A stretch of 49,134 nucleotides of DNA, counting the filler, from Jimgerdemannia flammicorona (taxonomy: Eukaryota): the NCBI GenBank assembly GCA_003990765.1. It is 2 parts of 2 records of this genome, joined end to end, with 100 filler letters (N's around TTAATTAATTAA, not from the genome) between each part and the next. Parts side by side here need not be neighbours in the genome. Positions count along the whole stretch, not along the records: positions 1 to 24,518 come from RBNJ01000966.1; positions 24,619 to 49,134 come from RBNJ01000967.1. The stretch is one strand, 5' to 3'. The translations under genes were made by a program, and so were the position numbers. Numbering within the stretch: the stretch's first letter is position 1; each line of letters begins with the position of its first letter. The notes under the pieces were generated by a model. It saw nothing but the letters and a program-made list of their open reading frames with translations. It was not told the DNA's origin and ran no database searches. Positions 21,850 through 34,891 of this stretch are shown piece after piece.

Positions 21850-23985
21850 TTATATATATTACCACAAGTTTAATGTATAATATATTTTTAAAGATTACGA
21901 TACTTAAATATATATCAAATTTGAAATAAATAAAAATATTATAACTAATAAATAATATTTTAATAACTTTATAAAATAATAATTAGATAAATATTTTAAT
22001 TTAAAATGCTAATTGGTAATTTAATTAATATATTAATAAATACAGTAATTACAATATTTAATATTTAAAAAATTATAAAGTAGATTTGACTTTAATATAA
22101 GACTTATATTTTAAATAAATAATATAGATATTATTTAAGCTAAAAATAAATATTATAATAATTAATCTAAATTAGAAAAATTCAAAAGTTAGATATTTGA
22201 TTATTGAATCTAAATCTAATTCCCAAATATAGTTAGTAGCAACTCTTAACAATATTATTAATATTATTGATAATATGATTTCTAATTAATAATATATAAC
22301 TTAGCTAATATATAGTTTGTAAACTTCTATAAATAATTTAATATTTTAAAGTAAATAAACTCTAATTGAAGTAGTTTCAATATAAAGAACTATATAGTCT
22401 ATAAATAGATATAATTATATCAAACTCACTGATTCTTACTAATAATTTTAAAGAGTTATAAAGACTAAGAAATTAAAATAAAGAAATTTACTATTCTTTT
22501 TAAATTAAGCTTTTAATATATTATAACTTAATATCTATTGGCTATTAATTTAAGACAAATTTCTCACTTTTAAGATATATAATAAATAACTAATATTACT
22601 ATATAAAATCTTTTCAAAATATTTAGATTAAATAATATAATGGTTGATCCAAATTCAGATGAGGGCTGAGTGGTTCATCTGAATAATAAATTGTCTCTCC
22701 ACAAGATAGTAGTGGAACTTCTCTATAGTCTAAATAACTGCAAGATATTCCAACTTATAGAATTTATACTCTTTTTCAACTCCTCAAGTTCCTCAGCTGA
22801 GATATATAATAATATACTCTACTTTATCTTTCTTCTAAGCCAGAACTGCTCCTAGTCCTTATATACTTGCATCTGTTTACAGGATGAATTCTTGGATTCA
22901 ATCAGGTCTTCTGAGAATTGGCACTTGAGTCAGTCTGATCTTATACTCATTAAATGCTTTTTGTTATCTACTAGTCTATTGGAACTTAATATCTTTCTTA
23001 TTAAGTTCTAAAATTGAGTCTATAATATTAGAGAATTCTCTAATAAATCTGCAGTAGTATGAGGTGAGTCTTATGAAGGCTTGGGCTTCAGTAACAGTAA
23101 TGAGCCTTGGGTATACTGCTATGTACTACTTAGATCTTGAGCAGATCTGTATATATTCCATTTTTAGTTAATGATATGAGCAAGATAGATCTTGATTTCA
23201 ACAAACTTACACTTCTTGGGCTTGATGTATAGATCATGCTTCTTTAGCTTTTCCATCATCTGCCAGATATACTATAGATGTTCTTCAGCTGTCTTGTTGT
23301 AGATAATAATATTATCTATATAAACTATTATACATCTTCCCATATTATAGTAGAAGATTTTGTTTATTATTTGCTGAAAGCTTGCTGATGTATTGTATAT
23401 TCTAAATGAAATTTGAAGATAAACATAGATTCTATCTGGAGTGATGAAGGCTGATTTTTTACTTACTACTTTAGTAAGACCAATCTGGTAAAATCTTAAG
23501 TATAAATCCATAGTACTATAATATTGTACTTTATCTCCCAGAGTTACAAGAATGTTACTGATGAGGGGCAGTAGTTGGTAATTCTTCTTTATAGCTAGGT
23601 TGAGCTGCCTGTAATCAGTACAGAGTCTTCTCCTGACTTGCTTCCTTTTTCAGAGCCAATATAACTGGTGAAGCCCAAGGGCTGCTAGCTTCTTTAATAA
23701 TACTAGTATTATCTATCTGCTTGATTTCTTTTCTGAGTCATTCACAATAAGCTGGTGGAATTGGTCTTCATTTTTGGTAGATTGGTCTAGTATCTCCTAT
23801 ATCTATATCATAATAATAGTATAGAGTCTTTCTCTTGATATTCTTGAAATCTGTGGTCAGAATATCCTCAAATTTGAAGAGTATCTTTTTGAGTTCCTTT
23901 TTGAGTAGAAATTTATTTCTAATAGTATAGCTGTATATGTTTGTAATTTTCTCCTTTTTGTTATCTAATTTGGTAAACTTGATAC
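21850..23985 (-). mobile_element. Heavily decayed Ty3/gypsy RT-RH-(IN) fragment, related to element 4
   Basis: PWASPVIL..LCTDYRQLN; MDLYLRFYQIGL; VYIDNIII; YKLEYLAVI*TIEKFHYYL. Confidence 0.8.
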
Positions 23986-23989
23986 TAGC

Positions 23990-24518
23990 AAATACTGGGA
24001 AGGAGGTGCCAAGGAAGATGAGGAATGAGATCCTGGCTGTTCTCCTGGAGTTGGTTGAATATCAAGTTGATGATCAGAGAGAAGAGGAACTTAGGAGAAT
24101 TGTAAGTGATAGGGCATTATACTTGTAGAACTCAAGGAAGGGACTGAAGAAGTGGTATGCAGTCTGCATGGACTACTGATCAGAGATGGAGGTAGTGGAT
24201 GGAGTGGAATGTCAGGAAATCTTGGAGGCACTAGATGCTCAGGCTAATGCAGAGGGTGACTTGGAAGCTGAATGGTGCTTGGATCTGGCTGGGGATGAGA
24301 TGAGCATAGAATACTAGGCTGGGGTCTCTATTGCAACATTCTTTCAATATGAACAGTACAACTAGGATATTTTCTTTGAATGTAAATGGGTTATGGGGGG
24401 TGGCTAGGAGGAAGTATATATTTGGATGGCTTAAGGAACTGGATGTGGACCTCTTCTTGTTACAGAATGTTCATTATGAGGTGGATGTAGATTTATAGGA
24501 TTGGACTAAGGAATGGGG
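23990..24518 (+). mobile_element. L1-clade LINE fragment: ORF1 end and ORF2 start (ATG 24349, APE endonuclease)
   Basis: MNSTTRIFSLNVNGL..WLKELDVDLFLLQ; homologous to ~28150-28650 on the minus strand. Confidence 0.75.
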
Positions 24519-24618
24519 NNNNNNNNNNNNNNNNNNNNNNNNNNNNNNNNNNNNNNNNNNNNTTAATTAATTAANNNNNNNNNNNNNNNNNNNNNNNNNN
24601 NNNNNNNNNNNNNNNNNN
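24519..24618. other. Artificial assembly linker (44 N + TTAATTAATTAA + 44 N)
   Basis: Exactly 100 bp, symmetric; the 12-mer places stops in all six frames. Confidence 0.93.
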
Positions 24619-27600
24619 AGTCACTCGGACTCTTCCTTTATTACACCCATCTATCCTATATAAGTACAGTGAACCCACCCCCTATCCAATCCCCCTAGGG
24701 GGGCCCCTCCACTACTTCAACTCTCTCCCTACTCTGCTTATAGACTTTCTCTACTAAGCAATGCCTCCAACTATCCTGCAAACTCCACCCAAGCCACTAG
24801 TTTGTCAAAGTGTTTTCCATAAGCCTTTGTCATCACACTAGCCAGACCTCTAAGCCCAGTCTCCTCCCTTCCTCAAAAAAAAATAACCAGTGACTGGCTA
24901 GTTTCATCTAAATTGCCAAAATCCAACCTAAGGTAAGCCACTCCTTCCCCACCCCCCCCACCAGTCTATCTCTCAAATCCTCCCACTGACTCCATGTACC
25001 ACCTCTCCTACACACTACTCTCAAATAATTCCCAACAGTCTACCAAAAGTCACTAAGTACTTCATACTCTCCTAGCCAATGTTCAGACATCTGTACATAT
25101 CTCCCTTCCTGCTCTACATTGTGGCACTTCTCACAGTCAAAGCAACCCCCCTTGATAAGGTGACCTGAGCAGAAGTTGAGCATTATATTCCTTCTCAGCA
25201 TATGCCACCAGACCACCCAGTACTTCAGTGGCATCCACCTCCTTACCTCAGTACTTTAGGCCCAAACTCTATACCAGTTCTACTTCTCTCTGATACCCAC
25301 CAACTGCTATCCACTAGGCCACAGATCCTGGCCTAGTCTCCTTTGGCATTCTATCTCATCACTAATATCGAACTCAATTAAGAGAATATCTCCCAGCAAC
25401 ACTTGGTCCCATCTCTACATTGCTGGGTTCTAAGCTACCTCTCCTTCATTTTTCTACCAATGAATTTCAATATGATGCACCCCCTCTTCTACCCCCCACC
25501 AAAAGCCTTTATATCTCAATTGTCCAATGTTCTGAAGCTCAACTAAGAATAATAGATCTCCTGTTGAGCCTCTTAGTGAGGACCTCATCTCTCAGACCTT
25601 CTGTAATAGGGAAACTCAGCTACTTCCTCTCAACTCCATTGCTCTCTTTAATCACTATACTCTCAAGTAGTATAGTCTCTTCAGAAAGTCAACCAGCCTA
25701 AGTCCTCCTCTTATCACCAGTAAGGATAAGACCTCCCAACTGATTTGACTTCTTCTTCCAACCCAGATCTACTCTTTAGTCAGCTTCATCAGTCTCTTTA
25801 TCATCCAGGCTAGAAAGTCCAGATGATAGCCAGGTATCACAATTTTGGCAGCTAATAGACATTCAAAATTGAGATATGCCCCACTAGAGACAAGTGGTGA
25901 CCACTCCAACTCTACAGGGCCTCCCCCCAGATTACAACCCTCTACTCCTATCAAAGTCTCAGCAAGACTGACCCATATACTGACAAATAGATACCCAAGT
26001 ACTATACTATCTCTCTAGCAGAGATGATTGTTCCAATAACATCTCCTCCTACCAGGCCATTGCCTAACACCATTGTTTCATACTTGTGCTAGTTGAGTTT
26101 AGCCCAAGAGTTCTCCTCATACCACTCCACTGTCTTCTTGAGCTCCTCAATATCAGTGATTGATCCCAGACTGACCACCATATCATCTGCAAAGGCCCCA
26201 ACTTTCCACCCAATTTCAAAGACTGAGAGTCCCACTATCTTTCATCTAATTCTATCTATTAGAGGTTCTAGGAAAAGAGCATACAGAATGGAGGACAGTG
26301 GGACCCCCTGGGGTATACCTCTATCCAGAAGAAACAACACCCCTCTATGCCCATTACACATGAGCACAGCTCTACTCTCTTTTGGTAGGCTGATCATTAC
26401 TGATCAGAACTGGTGCAGTACCCCAGTTCTGTCTAATACTTTCACTAGTCAGATTCACCATACTCAGTTATAAGCCTTCTCCTAGTCCAAGAAGACCAGT
26501 TATCCATCCAGTTCACAAGCTCACATCTCTTCAATAACTCCATATACCTAGGCTATACCATCCCTAATGAGCCAGTCTCCTACAAAGCCCCTTTGTTCAA
26601 TATCCAAAACTTGCTGGGCCACCCTCTATAGCCTCATGACCACCACCTTAGTTACCAACTTTCTGTCCATATCCAGCAGTATAATCAGCTACCAGTTCTT
26701 CCAGTCCTCTCTTCTTCTCTTATTCTTGTAAAGCAATATCACCAGCCCCAAATCCTGCTCCCCCACCCATCTTCCTGACTGTAGTATAAAATTACACAAT
26801 GCTGTCATCTCACCCAGTACCCCTGAGACTCCCACTATCTTCTTTCAGAAGTTCTAGGGCAGACCATCCTCCCCAGGTACTGTACCCAGCATTGTTATAG
26901 CAAGAACCTGGTGGATCTCTTTCTCTTATACTGGCAATACCAAGTCACTCAGCCTGTCTGCCTGTGGGGGGTACCAATCCTCCAATGTCTATTCAATGGT
27001 AGCAGCATCAGCCCCACCCTCCTCCACACTCCATAATTCACTCCATTGCTCCTTTAATGATCCAAAAATATCTTATATACTATATATCAGATTACCATCA
27101 GAGTCAAGTACTCCCTCCCACTATTACTATATTCTTCTCACCTGCAGGGCCCTTGTGAGATACTTGGAGGGCCTTTCCCCTTCCTCCAAACCCTGTCATC
27201 AAAGCTGTACTGCCAAGCTCTGCACTCTTGCCTCTTCCTCTTTCCACAGTGCTTATTGTAATTCTCTAATCTTCATTTTTGCCCTCATTAATCTCCAATC
27301 CTCTCCCCCCTTCAACATCACTAGCTCTGCCCAATCTTTCAAGAGTCTAGTCAGTCTTACAGAAGTCCATCTCACCAGCCACCTCCTCTGCTTCCCAGCC
27401 TCCTTGTCAGTCTCACTCCAGTATACTCTGGCCATCTCTTTTATCCTCATCTACCAGACACCAACTGGGGCACCTTTCTGCCTCCAGTCCTCTACCCTCA
27501 GTTGAATGTCCTCAGCCCACTTATCCCACTAGATCCTATCATTTAATAAAGAGGAATTGAGGTACCAATGTCCAGGCCCATCCCCATTTCCCCCAAAATG

Positions 27601-30600
27601 TTCCTGTCCTAACAGCCCTCAATGATCTGACCATAGACACCACTCTACCTCTTGCAACTTCTAAACATTCAAACTCCAGCAGCTAGCTGTCAAAATCCAA
27701 TCAATTCTTATCCCCAGGCCCCCTGCCCAATGTATATATATCTACCTATCCCCCCAGCACTCCCTGCCAGCATCTATCAGAGTACTTAGCCTTTCTACTT
27801 TCTCCTATACTACCAGCCCTCCACTCCTACTCTCAGCTCTCCATCCTCTATCAGTTCTATCCACCAGTATGTCCCAGACCATATTGAAGTCTCTACCTAG
27901 CATATTCACCCCCACTTCTGCCAGAACCCCACTCTCTTGAAGACCCTTCATCCAATCCACACACTCACTTCATATAGCAAGACAGTAGTAGGAGCCCACT
28001 GTGACTGGCTCCCAACTTGTATATGTTCACTCTCCCCAGATCAATCTATCTCCCTAGCTCCTCACATCATATATCTCCCCTCTGTCTCTCTGGACCAGAA
28101 TCCCAACCTTGCCCTTCCAAACTGCCTCACCTCCCCATTCCTTCATCCATTCCAGTCTATGTAAATCATCCTCACACCTGACATTCTGTAAGAGAAAGAG
28201 ATCAGCCTTCAATCTCTTCAGCCAAGTAAAAATGTTTCTATATCAAGAAGAGCCCCATAACCCATTTATATTCAAAGAAAAAATATTGGTTGTACTATTT
28301 ATAATAAAATATGATATATTATCAGGTCCATCCTCTACTACTTCATATTTATCTCTTCCTGCACTATGTCCAGATTATATTCTACAGTCACCTTCTCCTC
28401 TTCAGCCCTCTTAGCCTCCAATCCAGCCAACAGCTCATTCATCTCCCCATCTGCCTTCTCCTCAAACTCCTTCCAGTACTCCAGGCAGACCTTCTGCCAG
28501 AGCTACAATCTATGATGCTTAGTCCAGCAGTAGTTGGTCCTCTCACCAGTAACATCAGCCAGCTCCACCTTCTGCTCCTTATCTATCTTATATCCTTTCT
28601 TCTCCAGATACACTGCAAGGATTTCTGCCTTCAATGCCATTACCACTCCATCCCCCTGCAGAATCTGTGCCCAATGCTCTTCAGCTGTCAAGTTATTCAT
28701 CATCCTATATATCCAAAGTAGGTTCCCCACCTCCTTCACTCCAGGAGTTACTGGCCTCTCTCCATCCAGCATTGTGGTATTAGCCCTGGCACTTGCAGAC
28801 TCATCCTATATCTCCAGGATATCCACCAGTTCCTCCTCTCCAACCACCACCACTTGTCTCTCTTTTGCCATCTCTGAAACTCCAAATTGCACTTGCTGGG
28901 CCTTCTGCATTAGCACATCCTCTACTACTCTGCTTTGGGAAGCCAGACCTTACTTGATAAGAGGAGTAGGAGTAGGTGAGTCCTTCCAGGCCTTCTTCTA
29001 GATCTCAAACATACTATCAGCATATGGATCATTATCAGATATCTCCCTGTCCTCTTCTGTCCCCTTCCCTGCACTCTCTTCACCCTTACTGATTCAGATA
29101 CTTGCTTTGATACCCCCTGCCTCCTCAATTTTACCTGCCTCCTTCTGTGGTCTACCCTCCAGCTTAGCCAGCAGCTCCTTCTACCTCTTACATCTCTGTA
29201 CTCTTTCCCACTGCCCCTTGTCTACTTGAATCTACTTCTTATCCACTACCTCCAAATGTGTCAACTCTACAAAAGTCTTCCAAGCCTTCACCTGCTGCTC
29301 CACAGCCCCACTCAGCTCTTTCAGTACTTCTAATAAGTCCTCTTTCTCCTCCTCACTCCCCTTCACCCTTGTCATCTTGTACAAGATTACCCCCCAGACC
29401 ATTACGAAGACCAGTTCCTTGTCTTCCCAGTAGCTTCCTTCTCTACCAGCTAAATTCTCACATCAACATCCCTAGTCCTGAGCAAGGTCCCTTCCCAGAC
29501 TCTGAATCTGATATCCACCATCTCTCCATATTCAGCCATGACCTCCTCAACTCTCCTTCTCATCTTCACTACTGTCACTGTGAGCACTCCTTTCACCAGC
29601 AGTTGTACCACTCTGGGTGTAACACTTTAGCATAGTTTATTTCTTTTCTCTGTCTTTCTTGAATATTCTATAACCTCCCAGTACTTTCCATATACTTAGA
29701 AATCTCCTTCTTGGCACTGAGCATTAACTAGTACTTATCTAGCTAGTCATGGAATATCCTGGAAACTTGTAGAACTTTATTTGTCATCATTTGTCATCTT
29801 TACCAAGAACTTTCCTCTTGGCATTTTCCTTTGATTTCTCAGGTCCTTCTGGATTCTTCTTTTAGATCTTGTATAAATATCCCCTTTATTTTCATGAATA
29901 AAGCCTCAGAATATTTTCTCTCAGGAATTCTTTGAGAATACTTGAATCCTTAGTATCTCTTTGAGCTACTTAGGACTACCAGTACTAGTCACTTCCTCAT
30001 TTAGAAACTAGAATCATTACACTTAGTAGTAGTGGTTAAGTTATATCTAGCCTTATCAAGACACCTCTTAAGATATCAGTCACAACACTATGGAGGACAA
30101 TGGGTAGAACCCTTCATACAGTACCTATGGTCCAGGTAATATCTCATACAATCAGCAAGAAGAAGAGGAACAGCAAAACCCTACTCAGTCAAATGGGGCC
30201 ATTGAGAGTCTTTTGTAGACCACATTAGCTCAGATTGCTCAACTTTAAGAATACATAGAAAGAAAGGAAAGCAAGGCCTCTGCTCATACCTCTACACCTC
30301 TACTGACATCAATATATCCAACAGTAGTCACTATCAAGCCTCAGAAGTCCAACATCTTTGATGGTCAAAGAGAAGGACTGTCTACCGATGCCTGGCTTTT
30401 CTAATTGGAGCAATATGGAGAACTGACTAATTTGGAAGAAGCAACACTAGTCCAATTTGCTGCCACACTCTTCTGAGGGAATGCTGCAATCTGGTAGTAA
30501 AATTATATCCAGAATACCAGATTCTCTGGCTGAATCAAGACCTGGGGTGAATTCTCTGATGCTATTCAAGGCCAATTCAAACCAGTCAACAGCACCAAGG

Positions 30601-31124
30601 CTGTGTAAGACCATCTGACAAATGTCAAACAACTCAAGTCTATGCAAGCATACAATGTACAATTCCTATCAATCCTGCTAGAATTACTATATATCACTGA
30701 AGACGAGAAGGTTGACAAGTACATTCAAGGCCTGGAAGGTCAAACCTGAGTTTGTATCAAACTAGAAGAACTCAAGGACCTAGATACAGCAATGAAAATT
30801 GCTGATAGGTTTGATGTCATCACTTATGATCACTGCTTTGAACAGAAGAGACTGCTTTTCAACAACAACAACAACCACAGAAGGGAGGAACCCAAAGTTA
30901 GAACTATTGGACCTGCTCCCATAGACCTAGATACCATTGACAAGAACAAGAAAGGCAAGCTTACATCCAAGGAAAAGGAGTGCCTCAAGAAGGCTAGAGT
31001 CTGTTTCTTTTGTTGTCAGCCTAGTCATATTACAACCAAATGTCCCAAGAAAACTGCCAAACCAAAGAGGATTCTGGTCCCATCCAAAGACACTCAAGGT
31101 CAACCAGTTGAACAAGAAGTTGTA

Positions 31125-31535
31125 CTCAATTTCATATGAGTCAACCCCAAGGCCCAGATCCCTCAAGTACAGTCAGAAGGAGCCATTGGTTTGGACCTTC
31201 AAGCAGTACAATAAGTCACTATTCCAGTATATGAGAGAAGGCTCATTCTAACTGGCCTTTCAGTCGAAATCCCCAAGAAACATTATGTAAGAATTGCACC
31301 AAGATCTGGCCTCAGTTTCAAGCACTCATTAGATGTTGGTGCTGGAGTCATTGACTCTGACTTCTGAGGTGAAATACAAGTCCTGCTAGTCAACCACAAG
31401 AACTAACCATATACCATCAATGAAGATGACAGAATTGTGCAGCTCATTCTGGAGCAAGCCACCCTACCAGTCATCAAAGAAGTCACCAAGCTGTCTCCAA
31501 CTAAGCAAGATCAGAAAGGCTTTGGCAGTACTGAC
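31125..31535 (+). pseudogene. dUTPase domain of element 3, between the gag knuckle and protease
   Basis: [36 protein letters not shown] (motifs 1-5). Confidence 0.92.
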
Positions 31536-34500
31536 AAAGTTGCAAGCATAGCTGAGAACTAAGCCAATTCAATGCTCATTTTCAAAGGTTTAGTCAAGAG
31601 ATAAGAACTAGATGTTCTCATAGATAGTGGAGCTGTTGGGAACTTCATCAACAAGAACCTCATCGACAAGCTCAAGATTCTCACCAAACCAGCTGGCAAG
31701 AATGGTGGAGTTGTTACTGCAGATGGCACTATCTTACCAATCAACTCAATTACCACTAAACTTCCCCTCAAGATCCAGAAGTACTGGGAACATTTAGATT
31801 TCAAGGTAGCACCACTAGGAGACCATGACCTGATCCTAGGCAAACTCTGGCTTATATGGCACAACCCTCAGATTAATTGGATCAAGAATGAAGTCACCTT
31901 GATTCAAGATGGAGCCAACATTACCATCAAGCCAGACAAGACTCAGACAAGAATCCCAATTGCTACCCTTTCAGCAATTCAGTTCAAGAAGGCTCTCAAG
32001 AAAGCTACCTGTGCCTTTATAGTACTGATCTAACCAAAGAAAGAAGATAAGAAGCTATTAATTAGTGAAAGCATCAAGTTACTGCTAAATAAGTACAAGG
32101 ATGTCTTCCTGGACAAACTACCTGATCTACCATCTTCAAGAGACCATGACCACGAAATCAAGTTGGTACCTGATGCAGCTATACCTAAGAAGAAAATGTA
32201 CCACATATCTCTACTCAAAATTGAAGTAGTTAAGAAGGAACTCAATGAATTCATCAAGTGAGGAGCCATTCAGCCAAGTAAGTCACCCTTTGGCTCCCCA
32301 GTCCTATTTGTCAAGAAAAAGGATGATACTCTGCAAATGTATATAGACTACTGAGCACTCAACAAGATCACAGTCAAGAACTATTATCTGCTACTACTCA
32401 TAGATCAAATCTTTGATGCTCTCATACTTCACTAAGATTGATCTCACCTCTGGATATCACCAAATTCGAATCAAGCCAGAAGACATACCCAAGACTGCCT
32501 TCATGATATCCTTCAGACTTTACGAATTTCTAGTCATGGCCTTTGGTCTCACCAATGTGTCAGCAATCTTTCAAGATCTTATGTAAACTGTCTTCAAGGA
32601 TCAGCTCTATATCTTTGTACTTGTATATATTGATGACATTCTGATCTTCAGTAGCACTGAAGAAGAACACCTCAAGTATATTGAACAAGTCCTCAAGATC
32701 CTCCATGAGAACAAGCTCAATGCAAAGCTCAAGAAATGTGAATTTTTTAAGGATCAAGTTAAATACCTTGGACACATTGTATCAGCCAAAGGAATTTAAG
32801 TAGACCCAAGGAAAATACAAGCCATTGAACAGTGGCCTATACCAGCAAACCTCACTAAACTTAGATCCTTCCTTGGTCTGGCTGGATACTACCATCAATT
32901 TGTCAAGAACTTCTCTAGTATTACAGAATCTTTGACAAACCTCCTGCGAAAGGAATCCAACTCTGACCTCTATGTCCCCTATATCTGGGATGCTTTCTGT
33001 CAACAAGCTTTTCAAGAACTCAAGAACTGCCTGACCCATGCACCTGTTCTTAGAAATATAGACCCAAATTGAAGTTCATAGTTACTATAGATGTATCTAA
33101 CTTTGCCATTAGTGCAGTCATTTCTCAAGATAATGGTCAAGAATATCAACCTATTGCCTTTGAGTTAAGAAAATTGTCCCCAGCAGAACAAAAGCTGGCT
33201 ACTCATGAAAAGGAACTCCTGGCAATCATGCATACTCTCAAGACCTGACAATATTATCTAGAAGGAGTTGAGTTTGACATGATCACCAATCACAGGTCCC
33301 TTCAGTACATCAACACTCAATCAACCCTTTCTCACCAATAAGCCAAGTGGAGTCAACTGCTTCAGACCTTTACCCTAAACATCATCTATAAGCCTGGCAA
33401 AACTCTAGTTGTATCAGATGTACTTTCAAGGAGACTTGACCTTGCCACAATTTTACAAGTCACTGTGGCACCTGAATTTCTCAATCAGATCAAGAAGGTA
33501 TATAAACAAGACTCTCTGGTTCTACAAAGAAACATCAAGGAATTCAAGGAAAAGTACACCATCAAGGACAACCTTGTATACTATCAAGACAAAGTATATA
33601 TTCTGACCAACCCTGAACTATAGTATAAGATTCTTCATGAACATTATAATTCCCCACTAGCTAGTCACCTTGGAACTGAGAAGACCATCAAGAATATCCA
33701 ATGAGACTACTACTGACCAAACATGCTCAAGGAAATCAAGGAGTATGTCCAAAGCTGTGATCTTTGCCAAAAAAACAAATCAATTAACCAAGCATCTGCC
33801 AGTCTTCTACAACTCTTCCAAGAAGTTCAAACAAGTCACAATAGACTTCATTGTGCAACTCCCATGAACCAAAACAGACTATGATACTATTGTTATATTT
33901 GTGGACCATCTCACCAAGATTACAATCACTGAGCTAATCACAACTAATGCCACTGCCCCAGAAATTGCAAGAATCTTCTTCAAGACTGTCTTTTGCCATT
34001 ATGGACTTCTCTGAGTAATTATCAGCAACTGTGACCCCAAGTTCATAAGCCACTTATGGCAAGCACTCTTCAAGACCCTTGGAACCCAAATTACTATGTT
34101 TACTGCCTTCTATCCTCAAACTGATAGACAGACTGAGTGAATGAACAGAATACTCAAACAAATGCTCAGAAACTATATGTCTTATGAGTAAGATGATTGG
34201 GACCACTATCTGACCTATGCCGAGTTTGCCTACAATAATGCCACCCAATCATCAACTAGCCTTTTCCCATTTCAGCTACTTCATGGTCAAAACTCCAAGA
34301 CCCCTGCAAGCCTAGTCCCATTCCAGCAATCCAGTTACACACAAGTCCCCACAGCCCAGAACCTTATCAACAAAATGGATTCCTTTCTCAAGATTATTAC
34401 TATGAATCTGCAAAAGGCTCAGCAACATCAAGCTAAGTATACAGATAAGAAGCTGCGAGATATTATATTCAATATTGGTAATATGATTCTACTCAAAGTC

Positions 34501-34734
34501 AATAACATCAAGGCTCAATCTCAAGTCAACCACCAGTCAGCCAAATTCCAGCCCAAGTATCTTAGACTCTTTGAGATCACTGAGTAAGTCTCTACCTGGC
34601 CTTACTGCCTCAATCTGCCAACAACTATGTATATACACCCAGTATTCCATATGTCACAACTCAAGGCCTAGAACTGTCACCCCCTTACCCTGGTCAAATT
34701 TCAACATCATCAGCACTAGTGATAGTTGAAGACC

Positions 34735-34891
34735 ACATTGAGTATGAAGTCGAGAAAATCTTAGACAAGTGAGTTCAATACTATCACACAGAATACCTAG
34801 TCAAGTAGATGGGTTATCCTGAATATAACACCATCTGGGAACCTGCTGCCAATCTCAAGAACTCTCAAGACCTCATCCAAGAGTTCGAGTA
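34735..34891 (+). pseudogene. Integrase C-terminal chromodomain of element 3
   Basis: EYEVEKILDK..EYLVK*MGYPEYNTIWEPAANLKNSQDLIQEFE. Confidence 0.88.

Noticed and set aside
26996..29635. Several Ser/Leu/Pro-rich plus-strand ORFs
   Set aside because: Antisense shadows of the purine-rich LINE strand
30024..30040. Assignment of the element 3 PBS to tRNA-iMet
   Set aside because: Too mutated (tagtagtagtgg) to assign without the host tRNA set
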